From contig CAVZLN010000006.1 in assembly GCA_963776245.1 (NCBI GenBank), forward strand, positions 448,001 to 512,000: a stretch of DNA of 64,000 nucleotides, in the 5' to 3' direction. The stretch is from Candidatus Eiseniibacteriota bacterium (GTDB lineage Bacteria > Eisenbacteria > RBG-16-71-46). The notes beneath the pieces were generated by a model that did not search any database, was not told where the DNA came from, and saw only the letters and a program-made list of their open reading frames with translations. A program made the translations under genes and the position numbers. Positions 41,447-50,554 of the stretch are shown here, piece by piece (position 1 is the first letter of the stretch; each line of letters opens with the position of its first letter).

Positions 41447-42424
41447 ATGCGATTCGCGTCTCCGCTCTACCTGCTGCTGCTGCTGCCGGTCGCGGCGCTG
41501 GTGTGGCTGGAACTGAGGAAGCGCTCCGGTTCGGTGCGTTTCTCCGACGCCTCGTTCTTTCGCACGCGGCCCGGGCCGAGCCGCTACATCAAGCCCGCAT
41601 TGCTGGCGGTCCAGGCCCTCGCCCTCGGGCTGGCCGTGCTGGCGCTGGCCCGGCCGCAGCGCGGCCGCGTCTACGAGGAGGTGGAGTCCCGGGGTGTGGA
41701 CATCATGCTGTGCATGGACGTCTCGGAGTCCATGTCCTCGCCCGACTTCAAGCCCGACCGGATCACCGCGTCCAAGGAGCGCGCGGTGGAGTTCATCGCC
41801 AAACGCTCGGGAGACCGGATCGGGCTCGTGGTGTTCGCCAACGGCGCCATGACGCAGTGTCCGCTCACCCTCGACCGGGCCGTGCTCCGGTCGATCATCG
41901 AACGCCTGCAGATCGGCACGCTGGACGGGACGCGCACCGCCATCGGCATGGGCCTCGCCAACGCCGTCGCGCGGCTCAAGGACTCGCAGGCCAAGGACAA
42001 GGTCGTCATCCTGCTGACCGACGGGGTCAATAACACGGGCGAGATCGATCCCCAGACCGCGGCCCGGCTGGCGCAGACCTATCGCATCAAGGTGTACTGC
42101 ATCGGCGTGGGCTCGCAGACCCCGGTGACGGTGATGGTGAACGACCCGATGTGGGGGCCCAGGCCCCAGACCATCGCGGCCGATTTCGACCCCGGGACCC
42201 TCGAGGAGATCTCGGCCCTCACCGGAGGCAAGTCGTACGCGGCCTCGGACGACGAGGCGCTCAGGCGGATCTACGAGGAGATCAATCGGATGGAGCCCAC
42301 GCGGTTCAAGACCGCGCGCCACACCGTGTACTCCGAGAAGGCCGGCCTGTTCCTGCTGCCGGCGGTCGCGCTGTTCCTGCTCGGGATGATCGTCCCGGCC
42401 GCGCTGCTGCGGAGGCTGCCATGA
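41447..42424 (+). CDS. batA: BatA-like VWA protein
   Basis: ALARPQ, MIDAS DVSESM, DRIGLVVF, TAIGMGL, LLTDG, C-terminal TM. Confidence 0.88.
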   Translation: MRFASPLYLLLLLPVAALVWLELRKRSGSVRFSDASFFRTRPGPSRYIKPALLAVQALALGLAVLALARPQRGRVYEEVESRGVDIMLCMDVSESMSSPDFKPDRITASKERAVEFIAKRSGDRIGLVVFANGAMTQCPLTLDRAVLRSIIERLQIGTLDGTRTAIGMGLANAVARLKDSQAKDKVVILLTDGVNNTGEIDPQTAARLAQTYRIKVYCIGVGSQTPVTVMVNDPMWGPRPQTIAADFDPGTLEEISALTGGKSYAASDDEALRRIYEEINRMEPTRFKTARHTVYSEKAGLFLLPAVALFLLGMIVPAALLRRLP

Positions 42425-44133
42425 TCCGGTGGGCGGCGCCCCAGGTCCTCTATCTGCTGCTCGCGGTGCCGGTCGTGGCCGCGCTGATGCTCGGGGCCGA
42501 ATGGCTCAAGCGCCGCAGCCTCGGGCGGCTGGCCGACGCCGCGCTGGTCCCGCGACTGACCGACAGCCGCAGCCCGCGGTGGGCCGCGGCGAAGGCCGTG
42601 TGCCTGCTGGTGGGGCTGATGTTCATGATCGTCGCGGCGGCGCGGCCGCAGTGGGGCGAGAAGCTCCAGATCTACCGCGGTCGCGGTATCGATATCGTCA
42701 TCGCCCTCGATGCCTCGAAGAGCATGCTGGCGACGGACGTCACGCCCAACCGGCTGACCCGGGCCAAGACCCAGCTCGCCTCGCTGCTCGGCAACCTCAG
42801 CACCAATCGCGTGGGCATCGTGGCGTTCGCCGGCGGGGCGCAGGTGATGTGCCCGCTCACGCCCGATGTCGAGGCGGCCAAGCTGTTCCTCGACATCATC
42901 GACCCCGACAACATGCCGCGGCCCGGCACCAACATCCAGCACGCCGTGGAGGCCGCGGCCTCGCTGTTCGATCCCACGGAAGGGACCTCGAAGGCGCTCG
43001 TGCTCGTCACCGACGGCGACAATCTCGACGGCGACCCGGGGGCCGCCACGCGGCTCGCGGTCGAGAACGGCATCCGCCTGTTCGCGGTGGGCGTGGGCAC
43101 CGCGGAGGGCTCCACGATCCCCGAGCCGGGCGGTACTGGCACGACCTACAAGAAGGACGAGAACGACAAGATCGTGGTCTCGCGCCTGGCCGAGCGGCTG
43201 CTGCTGGTGATGGCCAAGGCGACCGATGGCCGCTACTTCCGGTCCGAGAGCATCAATCTCGACCAGTTGGTCGGGGCGCTGGACCAACTCCAGAAGAAGG
43301 CGATCGGCGGCGGCGAGTACGTCGAGTACGAGGAGCGCTATCAGGGCTTCCTGCTGGCGGCCTTCATCCTCATCTTCTTCGGCACGCTCATCAGCGACCG
43401 CAAGGGCGCGTGGTTCCCGGACCTGGCCCCGCCGCGGTGGACCCGCGGGCCGGCCTCGACGCCGCCCCCGCCAGCCCGGGGCGCGGCGGGCGGCGCGGCG
43501 CTCCTCCTGACCGCGCTCCTCGGCGTCTCCCTGCCGGCTCGCGCGGATGTCGGCTCGATCATGCGGCAGGGCGCCGCCCTCGAACGCCAGGGCAAGTACG
43601 ATCAGGCGCTCAAGGCCTACCAGGACGCGCTCGTGCTCGAGCCGGACGATGTCCGGATCCATTACGATATGGGGCGCGCGCTCCACCAGTTGAACCGGCA
43701 GCCCGAGGCCATCGAGCACTTCCAGCTGGGACTGCTCTCGAAGAAGAGGCTGCTCCGCGCCAACAGCCTTTACAACCTCGGGAACTGTCAGTTCAAACAA
43801 CAGCAGCTGGACGAGGCGATCGCGTCGTACACGCGGGCGTTGCTCGTGCGGCCGGACGACCTCCAGGCCAAGCAGAATCTGGAATACTGCTGGAAGCTGA
43901 AGGCCGAGCGGCAGCAGAAGCCCGACTCGACCCAGAAGAAGCAGCCGCCGCAATCGCAGCAGCAGAAGCAGCAGGGGCAGCAACAGGCGCAGCCCGCGCA
44001 GCCGCAGAAGGGCGAGATCAGCCGGGAGCAGGCCGACCGCATGCTCCAGGCCCTGCAGAGCAAGCAGAGGGACGACATGAGGAAGCAGCCCAAGAAGCCG
44101 TCGGAGCAGCCCGCCGGGGGGAAGGACTGGTAG
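42421..44133 (+). CDS. BatB-like VWA domain fused to BatC-like TPR domain
   Basis: AARPQWG, DASKSM, TDG, TM, then TPR (YNLGN..AKQNLE), Gln-rich linker, C-terminal KDW. Confidence 0.88.
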   Translation: MIRWAAPQVLYLLLAVPVVAALMLGAEWLKRRSLGRLADAALVPRLTDSRSPRWAAAKAVCLLVGLMFMIVAAARPQWGEKLQIYRGRGIDIVIALDASKSMLATDVTPNRLTRAKTQLASLLGNLSTNRVGIVAFAGGAQVMCPLTPDVEAAKLFLDIIDPDNMPRPGTNIQHAVEAAASLFDPTEGTSKALVLVTDGDNLDGDPGAATRLAVENGIRLFAVGVGTAEGSTIPEPGGTGTTYKKDENDKIVVSRLAERLLLVMAKATDGRYFRSESINLDQLVGALDQLQKKAIGGGEYVEYEERYQGFLLAAFILIFFGTLISDRKGAWFPDLAPPRWTRGPASTPPPPARGAAGGAALLLTALLGVSLPARADVGSIMRQGAALERQGKYDQALKAYQDALVLEPDDVRIHYDMGRALHQLNRQPEAIEHFQLGLLSKKRLLRANSLYNLGNCQFKQQQLDEAIASYTRALLVRPDDLQAKQNLEYCWKLKAERQQKPDSTQKKQPPQSQQQKQQGQQQAQPAQPQKGEISREQADRMLQALQSKQRDDMRKQPKKPSEQPAGGKDW

Positions 44134-44203
44134 CCGCGATGCCCTTCTGCACGACCGCGCGCGCTCCTCGACCGGCTCCGGCCGCACCGCCCGGGACCGG
44201 GCG

Positions 44204-45982
44204 ATGATCCGGCTGCGGCATCTCGTGATGCTGGTCGCGCTGGCGCTCCCGCTCGCGGCAGAGGCGGCCCCCGGGCTGGAGTTCTCGGCCTCGGTGGACC
44301 AGACCAGCGTCGGCCTCGGCGAGCAGTTCCAGCTCACGCTCACGGTGCGCGGCGAGAACATGCTGTCGGTTCCGACACCCGCGCTGCCGCCTCTGGCGGA
44401 CTTCAGCCTGCTCGGCAGCTCCTCGTCGCAGTCCACGAACATCTCGATCGTCAACGGCCAGATGAAGCGCGAGGCCGCGATCGAATTCGTCTACGGCCTC
44501 GCGGCGAAGCGGCTCGGGAAGCTCACGATCCCGCCCTGCAAGCTGACCTACCAGGGCAGGGAGTACCAGAGCCAGCCGATCGAGATCACCGTGGTCCAGG
44601 GAGCACAGGGACAGGCGGCGCCGATGCCGCCACCGTCCGCGGGGCCCTCCCGAGGGCAGGTGCCGATCGAAGGCAACCTGATGCTGTCGGCCGTCCCCAG
44701 CCGCAGGACGGTGTACGTCGGCGAGCCGGTGACGCTCGAGATCTCGGTGTGCACGCGATTGCGGATCAGCGGCGGCGGCTGGGCGGTGCTGCCGTCGTTC
44801 GAGGGGTTCTGGGCCGAGAAGGTCTTCGACGCCGACAAGTTCGACTTCCAGCGCCGGACGATCGACGGCCGCGCGTACGACGTGTCCGTGCTCAAGAAGG
44901 TGACCCTGTTCCCGCTGTCACCGGGCGAGGCCACGGTCAAGCCCATGGCGTTCAACGTCGAGGTCCTGCAGTCGGCGCGCGACCTGTTCGGGTTCTTCGG
45001 CGGCGGCCAGAACGTGCGGATCGAGTCCAAGCCGGTCACGCTCCACGTCCTCGCCCTGCCGGAGTCGGGAAAGCCGAAGGAGTTCACCGGCGGCGTGGGG
45101 CGCTTCAAGATGTCGGCGTCGCTCGACCGCGCGACCAGCACGAATGGCGAGCCCATCAATCTGATCGTACGGATCGCCGGCCTCGGCAATGTCCGGTTGA
45201 TCGAGAAGCCCGCGATCGGGCCGGTCACGGGCCTGAGGATCCTCGACCCCGAGATCCACGACGACGATCGCGTCTCCGGCGAGGACGTGCAGGGCACCAA
45301 GATCCTCCGCTATCCCATCATCCCCCAGACCGACGGCAGTTATTCGATCCCGCCGATCCGGATGGCCTATTTCGATCCGCAGACGAAGTCGTATCAGACG
45401 CTCGAGGCCGGGCCGTTCACGTTCTCGGCCAGCGGCTCCGCGCCGAACGCTCCGCTGGTCGAGGCCACCGGGCTCAAGGTGCTCGGCACCGACATCCACT
45501 ACATCAAGCCCGACGCCACGGCACTCGCCGTCCTGTCGCTCGACCCTCCGTGGTGGCCCAACCTGCTCGCCCTGCTCTCGCTGGGCGCGGTCGCGGGCGC
45601 CATCGGGCACCGCGGGCACCGCGAGCGGCTGCTCTCGGATCGCGGATACGCGCGGAGGTCCCGCTCCACGGCGCTGGTGAAGCGCCGGCTCAAGCGGGCC
45701 GAGGGGCTGCTGCGGAAGCGCGACGACCGGGGCTTCCACGCAGCGCTCGCGCAGGCCGTCATGGGGTTCGTCGGCGACCGCTTCAACATCGACACGCACG
45801 CCATGACCAAGGACCAGCTGCGCGCGGAACTGGAGCGGGCCCAGGTCAGGCCCGAGGCGACCGCCGCGGTCATGGAGGTCCTCGAGCAGTGCGAGGTCGC
45901 CCGCTTCTCCCCCGGCATGCGAGCGGAACGGGACCCGCTGCCGCTGTTCCAGAAGGCGCGCGACGCGCTGGGGCAGATCTAG
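44204..45982 (+). CDS. batD: BatD family protein
   Basis: Signal peptide, SSSQSTNISIVNG, VYVGEPV, FTGGVGRF, YFDP, late TM. Confidence 0.85.
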   Translation: MIRLRHLVMLVALALPLAAEAAPGLEFSASVDQTSVGLGEQFQLTLTVRGENMLSVPTPALPPLADFSLLGSSSSQSTNISIVNGQMKREAAIEFVYGLAAKRLGKLTIPPCKLTYQGREYQSQPIEITVVQGAQGQAAPMPPPSAGPSRGQVPIEGNLMLSAVPSRRTVYVGEPVTLEISVCTRLRISGGGWAVLPSFEGFWAEKVFDADKFDFQRRTIDGRAYDVSVLKKVTLFPLSPGEATVKPMAFNVEVLQSARDLFGFFGGGQNVRIESKPVTLHVLALPESGKPKEFTGGVGRFKMSASLDRATSTNGEPINLIVRIAGLGNVRLIEKPAIGPVTGLRILDPEIHDDDRVSGEDVQGTKILRYPIIPQTDGSYSIPPIRMAYFDPQTKSYQTLEAGPFTFSASGSAPNAPLVEATGLKVLGTDIHYIKPDATALAVLSLDPPWWPNLLALLSLGAVAGAIGHRGHRERLLSDRGYARRSRSTALVKRRLKRAEGLLRKRDDRGFHAALAQAVMGFVGDRFNIDTHAMTKDQLRAELERAQVRPEATAAVMEVLEQCEVARFSPGMRAERDPLPLFQKARDALGQI

Positions 45983-46006
45983 GATGCCGAGACCCGCAAC
46001 CCACGG

Positions 46007-46732
46007 ATGCCCGCCATGCTGCCGAACCTGACGCTGCTCGTCGTCCTCGCGCTCGCCCCGATCGACGCGTACAACCGGGGCAATCAGCTCTACGCGCAGA
46101 AGGACTACGCCGGCGCGGCGCTCGCCTATGAGCAGGCGCTCAAGGCCGGACCCAGCGCTGACGCGCACTACAACCTGGGGAACGCCCTGTTCAAGTCGGG
46201 CAAGATCGGCGCGGCCATCCTGCACTACCGCCGGGCGCACTTCCTCGATCCGCGGGACGCCGACATCCGCGCCAATCTGGCGTTCGCCCGCAGCTACCGC
46301 GTGGACAAGGTGCTCACCGTCGCGAGCCCGCCGGCCCGGGCGCTGGACGACGCGTTCCACTGGCTCTCCCGGCGGGAAGCGACGCTGCTGGCCGGAGTGT
46401 TGTTCACCCTCGCCGCGCTCTCGCTGGCGGCCTGGATCACGTGGCGATGGACGGCATGCCTCGTGGCGGTGCCCTTGCTCTCGTCGCTGGCGTTGTTCGG
46501 CTTCATCACCCAGCAGGTGTGGACCAGCGAGGTGAAGGCCCGGCCGGCGGTCGTGGTCGCGCCGGAGGTCAACGTCCTGAGCGGCCCGAGCGAGGAGTCC
46601 AAGCAGATCCTGCTGCTCCACGACGGCACCGAGGTCGGGATCCGTGAGGTGAGGGGAGCCTACCTGCTGGTGCAGGTCCCGGGCGGGAGCGGAGGCTGGA
46701 TCCCCGAGCATTCGATCGCCCGCATCTTCTGA
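46007..46732 (+). CDS. batE: BatE-like TPR + TM + SH3-like protein
   Basis: YNLGNA..GAAILHYRRA..NL, two TM helices, LHDGTEV..GWIP. Confidence 0.82.
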   Translation: MPAMLPNLTLLVVLALAPIDAYNRGNQLYAQKDYAGAALAYEQALKAGPSADAHYNLGNALFKSGKIGAAILHYRRAHFLDPRDADIRANLAFARSYRVDKVLTVASPPARALDDAFHWLSRREATLLAGVLFTLAALSLAAWITWRWTACLVAVPLLSSLALFGFITQQVWTSEVKARPAVVVAPEVNVLSGPSEESKQILLLHDGTEVGIREVRGAYLLVQVPGGSGGWIPEHSIARIF

Positions 46733-46783
46733 GCGCATCGCCGCGCCGAGGACGATCGGCGGCGAATGGCGGAAGGAGGGCAG

Positions 46784-47191
46784 ATGAAGCGCGGCACCCA
46801 CGTCCGCCTGTTCCTCGCGGGCACCCTTGCGTGGTTCGTGTTCTGGTTGGCAGGCCTGCCGTCCTACTTCCAGCAGTACTCCCAGACATTCATGATCGGG
46901 TTCACCGCGCTCGTCTTCATCCCGCTGTCCGCCGCGTTCCTGTGGGTGCTCAGCCGAGCGCCGCGGAAACGGCGGATGGCGTTGTCGCTGTGGATGGCGT
47001 TCTACTTCACGGTGCCGCTGGCGGTCTACGACTGGCTGTACTGCGGAGTGTTCCTCGGGTACGGCCTCGGTTTCGTGTGGCGCTACTGGTACCTGAGCGT
47101 GTACTACGTCATCCCCTGGCCGGTCCTGCCCGGTCTGGCGGCCGTTCTGAATCGCCGCGGTGCGCTGGAGGGCGGGGCGAGCGGGGCGTGA
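46784..47191 (+). CDS. Small membrane hypothetical protein
   Basis: AAGGAGG RBS, four aromatic-rich hydrophobic segments. Confidence 0.75.
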   Translation: MKRGTHVRLFLAGTLAWFVFWLAGLPSYFQQYSQTFMIGFTALVFIPLSAAFLWVLSRAPRKRRMALSLWMAFYFTVPLAVYDWLYCGVFLGYGLGFVWRYWYLSVYYVIPWPVLPGLAAVLNRRGALEGGASGA

Positions 47192-47259
47192 GCCGGGCCC
47201 GCGCCCCGACGGGGGCGGCCCGGAACCGGCAGCGCAAGGCAGACGAAAGGAGCACGGGC

Positions 47260-47793
47260 ATGTTCACGCTTCGTCCTCTCCTCCCCAGGGCCGCGGTCGC
47301 GTGCGCGGCGTTCGTGTTGCTGCCACTTCCCCGGCTGCCCGAGGTCTCCCAGACCTACTCAGGACCGCCACTGCTGCGTGGGCTGCGCGGCGTGGCCGTG
47401 CTGGCGGAACAGGTGCATTCCGAGATCCGTCCCTTCGGGCTCGACGAGGCGTGGCTGGAAAGACGGGTGAGCGCCGCGCTCCAGCGCGACAGCGTGCCCA
47501 CGCTCACGCGCTGGGAGGCGCTCCGTGACGAGCGGCAGCCATTGCTCGTGGTGCGTCTCGAGACCGTCCCGGTGCCGGCCGCGGGAGCCTTCGCCTGGCA
47601 TCTCTCGCTGTCCATGCAACAGCGCGTGCGCCCGGTGGCGGGCGACACGACCACCACGCTCGCCACCACCTGGGAGGCCGAAAGCACTCTGGGAGCGACC
47701 AGCGGCAAGCTGCTGCGCGCTTCGGTCGGGAGGTCGCTCGACGACCGGACGCGCCAGTTCGTCGACGTGTGGCGCCAGCGGCAAGACGAATAG
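47260..47793 (+). CDS. Secreted hypothetical protein
   Basis: AAGGAG RBS, signal-like N-terminus. Confidence 0.65.
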   Translation: MFTLRPLLPRAAVACAAFVLLPLPRLPEVSQTYSGPPLLRGLRGVAVLAEQVHSEIRPFGLDEAWLERRVSAALQRDSVPTLTRWEALRDERQPLLVVRLETVPVPAAGAFAWHLSLSMQQRVRPVAGDTTTTLATTWEAESTLGATSGKLLRASVGRSLDDRTRQFVDVWRQRQDE

Positions 47794-47909
47794 CCGTCAC
47801 CGGGCGAGGCCTCAGCGGCGGCCGCCGGTGCGGCGCTACTCCGCGCGGAAGGTCACTTTCTCTGCCACCACCGTCATGACGCACCGCGCCTGCAGCACCG
47901 CCCGGCCGG

Positions 47910-48137
47910 TCAGGCAGCTTCCACCTCGACGAACTCTCCCTCCGAACTCGGCCTTGGCACCGGAAGCCCCTCTTGCTTCAATCCGTCGATGTGCAGGGTG
48001 ATCGCCTCGCGAATGAGGCCCACCCCCGTCACCGTTCCCAGCTTGCTCGGATTCCGGAACTGCCGATGACTGCCCTACGTCCGGATCAGCCTCCGGCCAT
48101 CCGTCTCAAGAAGGCGGATCAGCTCGCCCACTTTCAC
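47910..48137 (-). pseudogene. Collapsed hicA-hicB toxin-antitoxin remnant
   Basis: Manual translation: MKVGELIRLLETDGRRLIRT*GSHRQFRNPSKLGTVTG (HicA N-terminus with internal TAG) joined in frame to VGLIREAITLHIDGLKQEGLPVPRPSSEGEFVEVEAA* (HicB C-terminus). Confidence 0.8.
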
Positions 48138-48232
48138 CCAATCTCCGGTTTCCCGGGGGGCCATGTGCTTGCCGTGAGCCGAACGACGCGCTGCGCGACG
48201 CTCGCCCGCACCAGTGCGGATCTCGAAGCCGC

Positions 48233-48577
48233 TCACCCAAAGAAGCACCCATGGGGATCGGCGTCAACCTCAGCCACGAGTTCCGCGAGATCACGGCTCG
48301 AGGGCAGTGGCTCATAACTCTGCCACTTGAGGTTCGCGCGCTGCCACAGCAGCCGCCACTCGCCCGCCGTGCGAACGAAGCGCAGCTTAGCCACTCCACC
48401 CTCGATCCAGCGAGTGGGCTCCCGGAATGCCGGCCGCGCCTCGTAGATCAGGACGTCGTGGCCCGCCACCCGGTACTCGGTCCGCAGGCGCTCGCGATGT
48501 TCCGCCGGTGAGCGGCGACGGCACAGGGCCCCGACGGCTCGATCGATCCGCTTCAGTTCAAGATCGGAGAAGGGCAC
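48233..48577 (-). CDS. DUF3024-like protein
   Basis: IYEARP..VAKLRF..WRLLWQRANLKWQSY..VDADPHGCFFG; GTG start inferred. Confidence 0.8.
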   Translation of the reverse strand: MPFSDLELKRIDRAVGALCRRRSPAEHRERLRTEYRVAGHDVLIYEARPAFREPTRWIEGGVAKLRFVRTAGEWRLLWQRANLKWQSYEPLPSSRDLAELVAEVDADPHGCFFG

Positions 48578-48624
48578 TCGCCTCGTGACTCCCGCGGTTC
48601 TGCAACGACCCCTTCCCAGCCATC

Positions 48625-49020
48625 CTAGTCCGGCGACCTCGGGAGATCGCCTGCGTCCGCCAGCGCCTGGCTCAGGCACAGCACGTAGCCATCAGGGTCC
48701 CGCACGTCGCACTCCGCGAGACCATAGGGCATCCGTTCGAGACGACGCGTGACGGCGCCCTGCTGGTCGAGTCTGGCGCACAGTTCGCGCAATCCATCCC
48801 CCAGCCGCAGGTAGACGTCCCACCCGCGCCAGTCCGCGGGCCGCCCCGCAGATCCGCGTCTCAGCATGATCTCGGCCGGCCCGTGCCTCAGGATCGCGAA
48901 CTCGTAGGGGGGCCGTTCCGGGAACGGGTCGGCCTCGAAACCGAGTACGTCGTGGTACCAGGCGGCCGACCGTGCGACATCGGCAACGCGCAGCAACGGC
49001 ACCGCCAGTTGCGCCTGCAT
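48625..49020 (-). CDS. VOC/glyoxalase/bleomycin-resistance family protein
   Basis: VADVARSAAWYHDVLGF, MPYG..DPDGYVL. Confidence 0.85.
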   Translation of the reverse strand: MQAQLAVPLLRVADVARSAAWYHDVLGFEADPFPERPPYEFAILRHGPAEIMLRRGSAGRPADWRGWDVYLRLGDGLRELCARLDQQGAVTRRLERMPYGLAECDVRDPDGYVLCLSQALADAGDLPRSPD

Positions 49021-49087
49021 CTCGATCTCCCGGCGGCCGGAAGGTGGATGAAGCGGTGCGCGGGTGCCTCCCGCGCGACCGCGCCGG

Positions 49088-50554
49088 CTACATCAGGTCC
49101 AGGACCGAGCGCTGGGCCATCTCCAGCAGGCCGCTCGCCTGCAGGCCGATCCAGACCGTGACCGCGGCGGCGATCACGAGCGCGATGGAGCCCGGCAGCG
49201 CCCACGAGACGTGGGTGGCCTCGCCCTGCGGCTCCTGCATGTAGAGCGCCACCGTGACGCGCAGGTAGTAGTACACGCTCACCACGCTGTTCAGCACGCC
49301 GATGATCACCAGCGGGATCAGCCCCTGCTGCACGGCGGCGTTGAACACGTAGACCTTGCCCATGAACCCGGCGGTCGGCGGGATGCCGGCGAGCGAGATC
49401 ATGAACAACGAGAGCGCCAGCCCGAGCAGCGGCTGGCGGAAGCCGAGCCCCTGCACGTCCGACATCAGCACGCGCTCCTCGACCCCCTTGCCGAGCAGCG
49501 TCAGGATGCCGAACGCGCCCAGGTTCATGAACGCGTACACCGCGAGGTAGAACAGCGCAGCCGAGCCGCCGTCCTGCCCGCCCGCGATCACCGCCACCAG
49601 GATGTACCCGGCATGCGCGATGCTCGAGTACGCCAGCATGCGCTTGAGATTCGTCTGCAGCAGCGCGGAGACATTGCCCACCGTCATGGTGAGCGCCGCG
49701 ATCCACGACAGCGCCGGGGCCCACTGGGCGTGCACGTCGCCCAGGACGATCAACGAGACGCGCAGCAGCGCGGCGAAGCCGGCGGCCTTGGCGCCCACCG
49801 ACATGAAGGCGGTCACCGAGGTGGGCGCTCCCTCATAGGCGTCAGGCGTCCACATGTGGAAGGGCACCGCGGCGACCTTGAACGCGAATCCGGTCAGCAG
49901 CAGCAGGGTGCCGATCAGGAACAGCGGGTTGCCGATCATGGCCGAGCCGGTGAGGAATCGCGCCATGGCCGGGAGGTTCGTGGTGCCGGTGGCGCCGTAG
50001 AGCAGGGCGATGCCGTAGAGCAGGAAGCCGCTGGCGAAGGCGCCGAGCAGGAAGTACTTCATCGCCGCCTCGTTCGACTCGAGCCGGCTGCGGCGGAAGC
50101 CCACCAGCACGTAGAGCGCGATCGACATGAGCTCGAGGCCGAGGAACACCGTGATCAGGTCGTTGGACGCGGCCATCACGATCATGCCCATGGTCGCGCA
50201 CAGCAGCAGCGCGTAGTACTCCGCCTGGTTGATGCGCGTGCGCCGCACGTAGTCCCACGACAGCAGCACCGCCAGCGCGCCGATGGCGCACAGCAGCAGG
50301 GTGAAGAACACCGTGAAGCCGTCGTGCACGAACATGCCCTCGAACAGCACGCGCCGCACGTCGCGCACGTGGTACACCGACCATCCGCCGGCGGCCAGCG
50401 TGAGCAGCGCCACCACCGCGCCGCGCGCGCTGCCCTCGCGGGCGGGGAGGAACTCGAGCATCAGCAGCACCAGGGTGCCCACGGTGAGCGCGAGGATCGC
50501 CCCCAGCGCCCACCAGTCCACCGGCAGGAACGCCGGCACCACGAGCGGGGTCAT
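49088..50554 (-). CDS. nuoN: NADH-quinone oxidoreductase subunit N
   Basis: LELMS, EAAMKYF, FKVAAVPFHMWTPDAYEGAP, KRMLAYSSIAHAGY. Confidence 0.95.
   Translation of the reverse strand: MTPLVVPAFLPVDWWALGAILALTVGTLVLLMLEFLPAREGSARGAVVALLTLAAGGWSVYHVRDVRRVLFEGMFVHDGFTVFFTLLLCAIGALAVLLSWDYVRRTRINQAEYYALLLCATMGMIVMAASNDLITVFLGLELMSIALYVLVGFRRSRLESNEAAMKYFLLGAFASGFLLYGIALLYGATGTTNLPAMARFLTGSAMIGNPLFLIGTLLLLTGFAFKVAAVPFHMWTPDAYEGAPTSVTAFMSVGAKAAGFAALLRVSLIVLGDVHAQWAPALSWIAALTMTVGNVSALLQTNLKRMLAYSSIAHAGYILVAVIAGGQDGGSAALFYLAVYAFMNLGAFGILTLLGKGVEERVLMSDVQGLGFRQPLLGLALSLFMISLAGIPPTAGFMGKVYVFNAAVQQGLIPLVIIGVLNSVVSVYYYLRVTVALYMQEPQGEATHVSWALPGSIALVIAAAVTVWIGLQASGLLEMAQRSVLDLM

Noticed and set aside
48075..48077. 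In-frame TAG as recoding or readthrough
   Set aside because: TAG is an ordinary stop in many genes in this window, and the locus is also internally deleted
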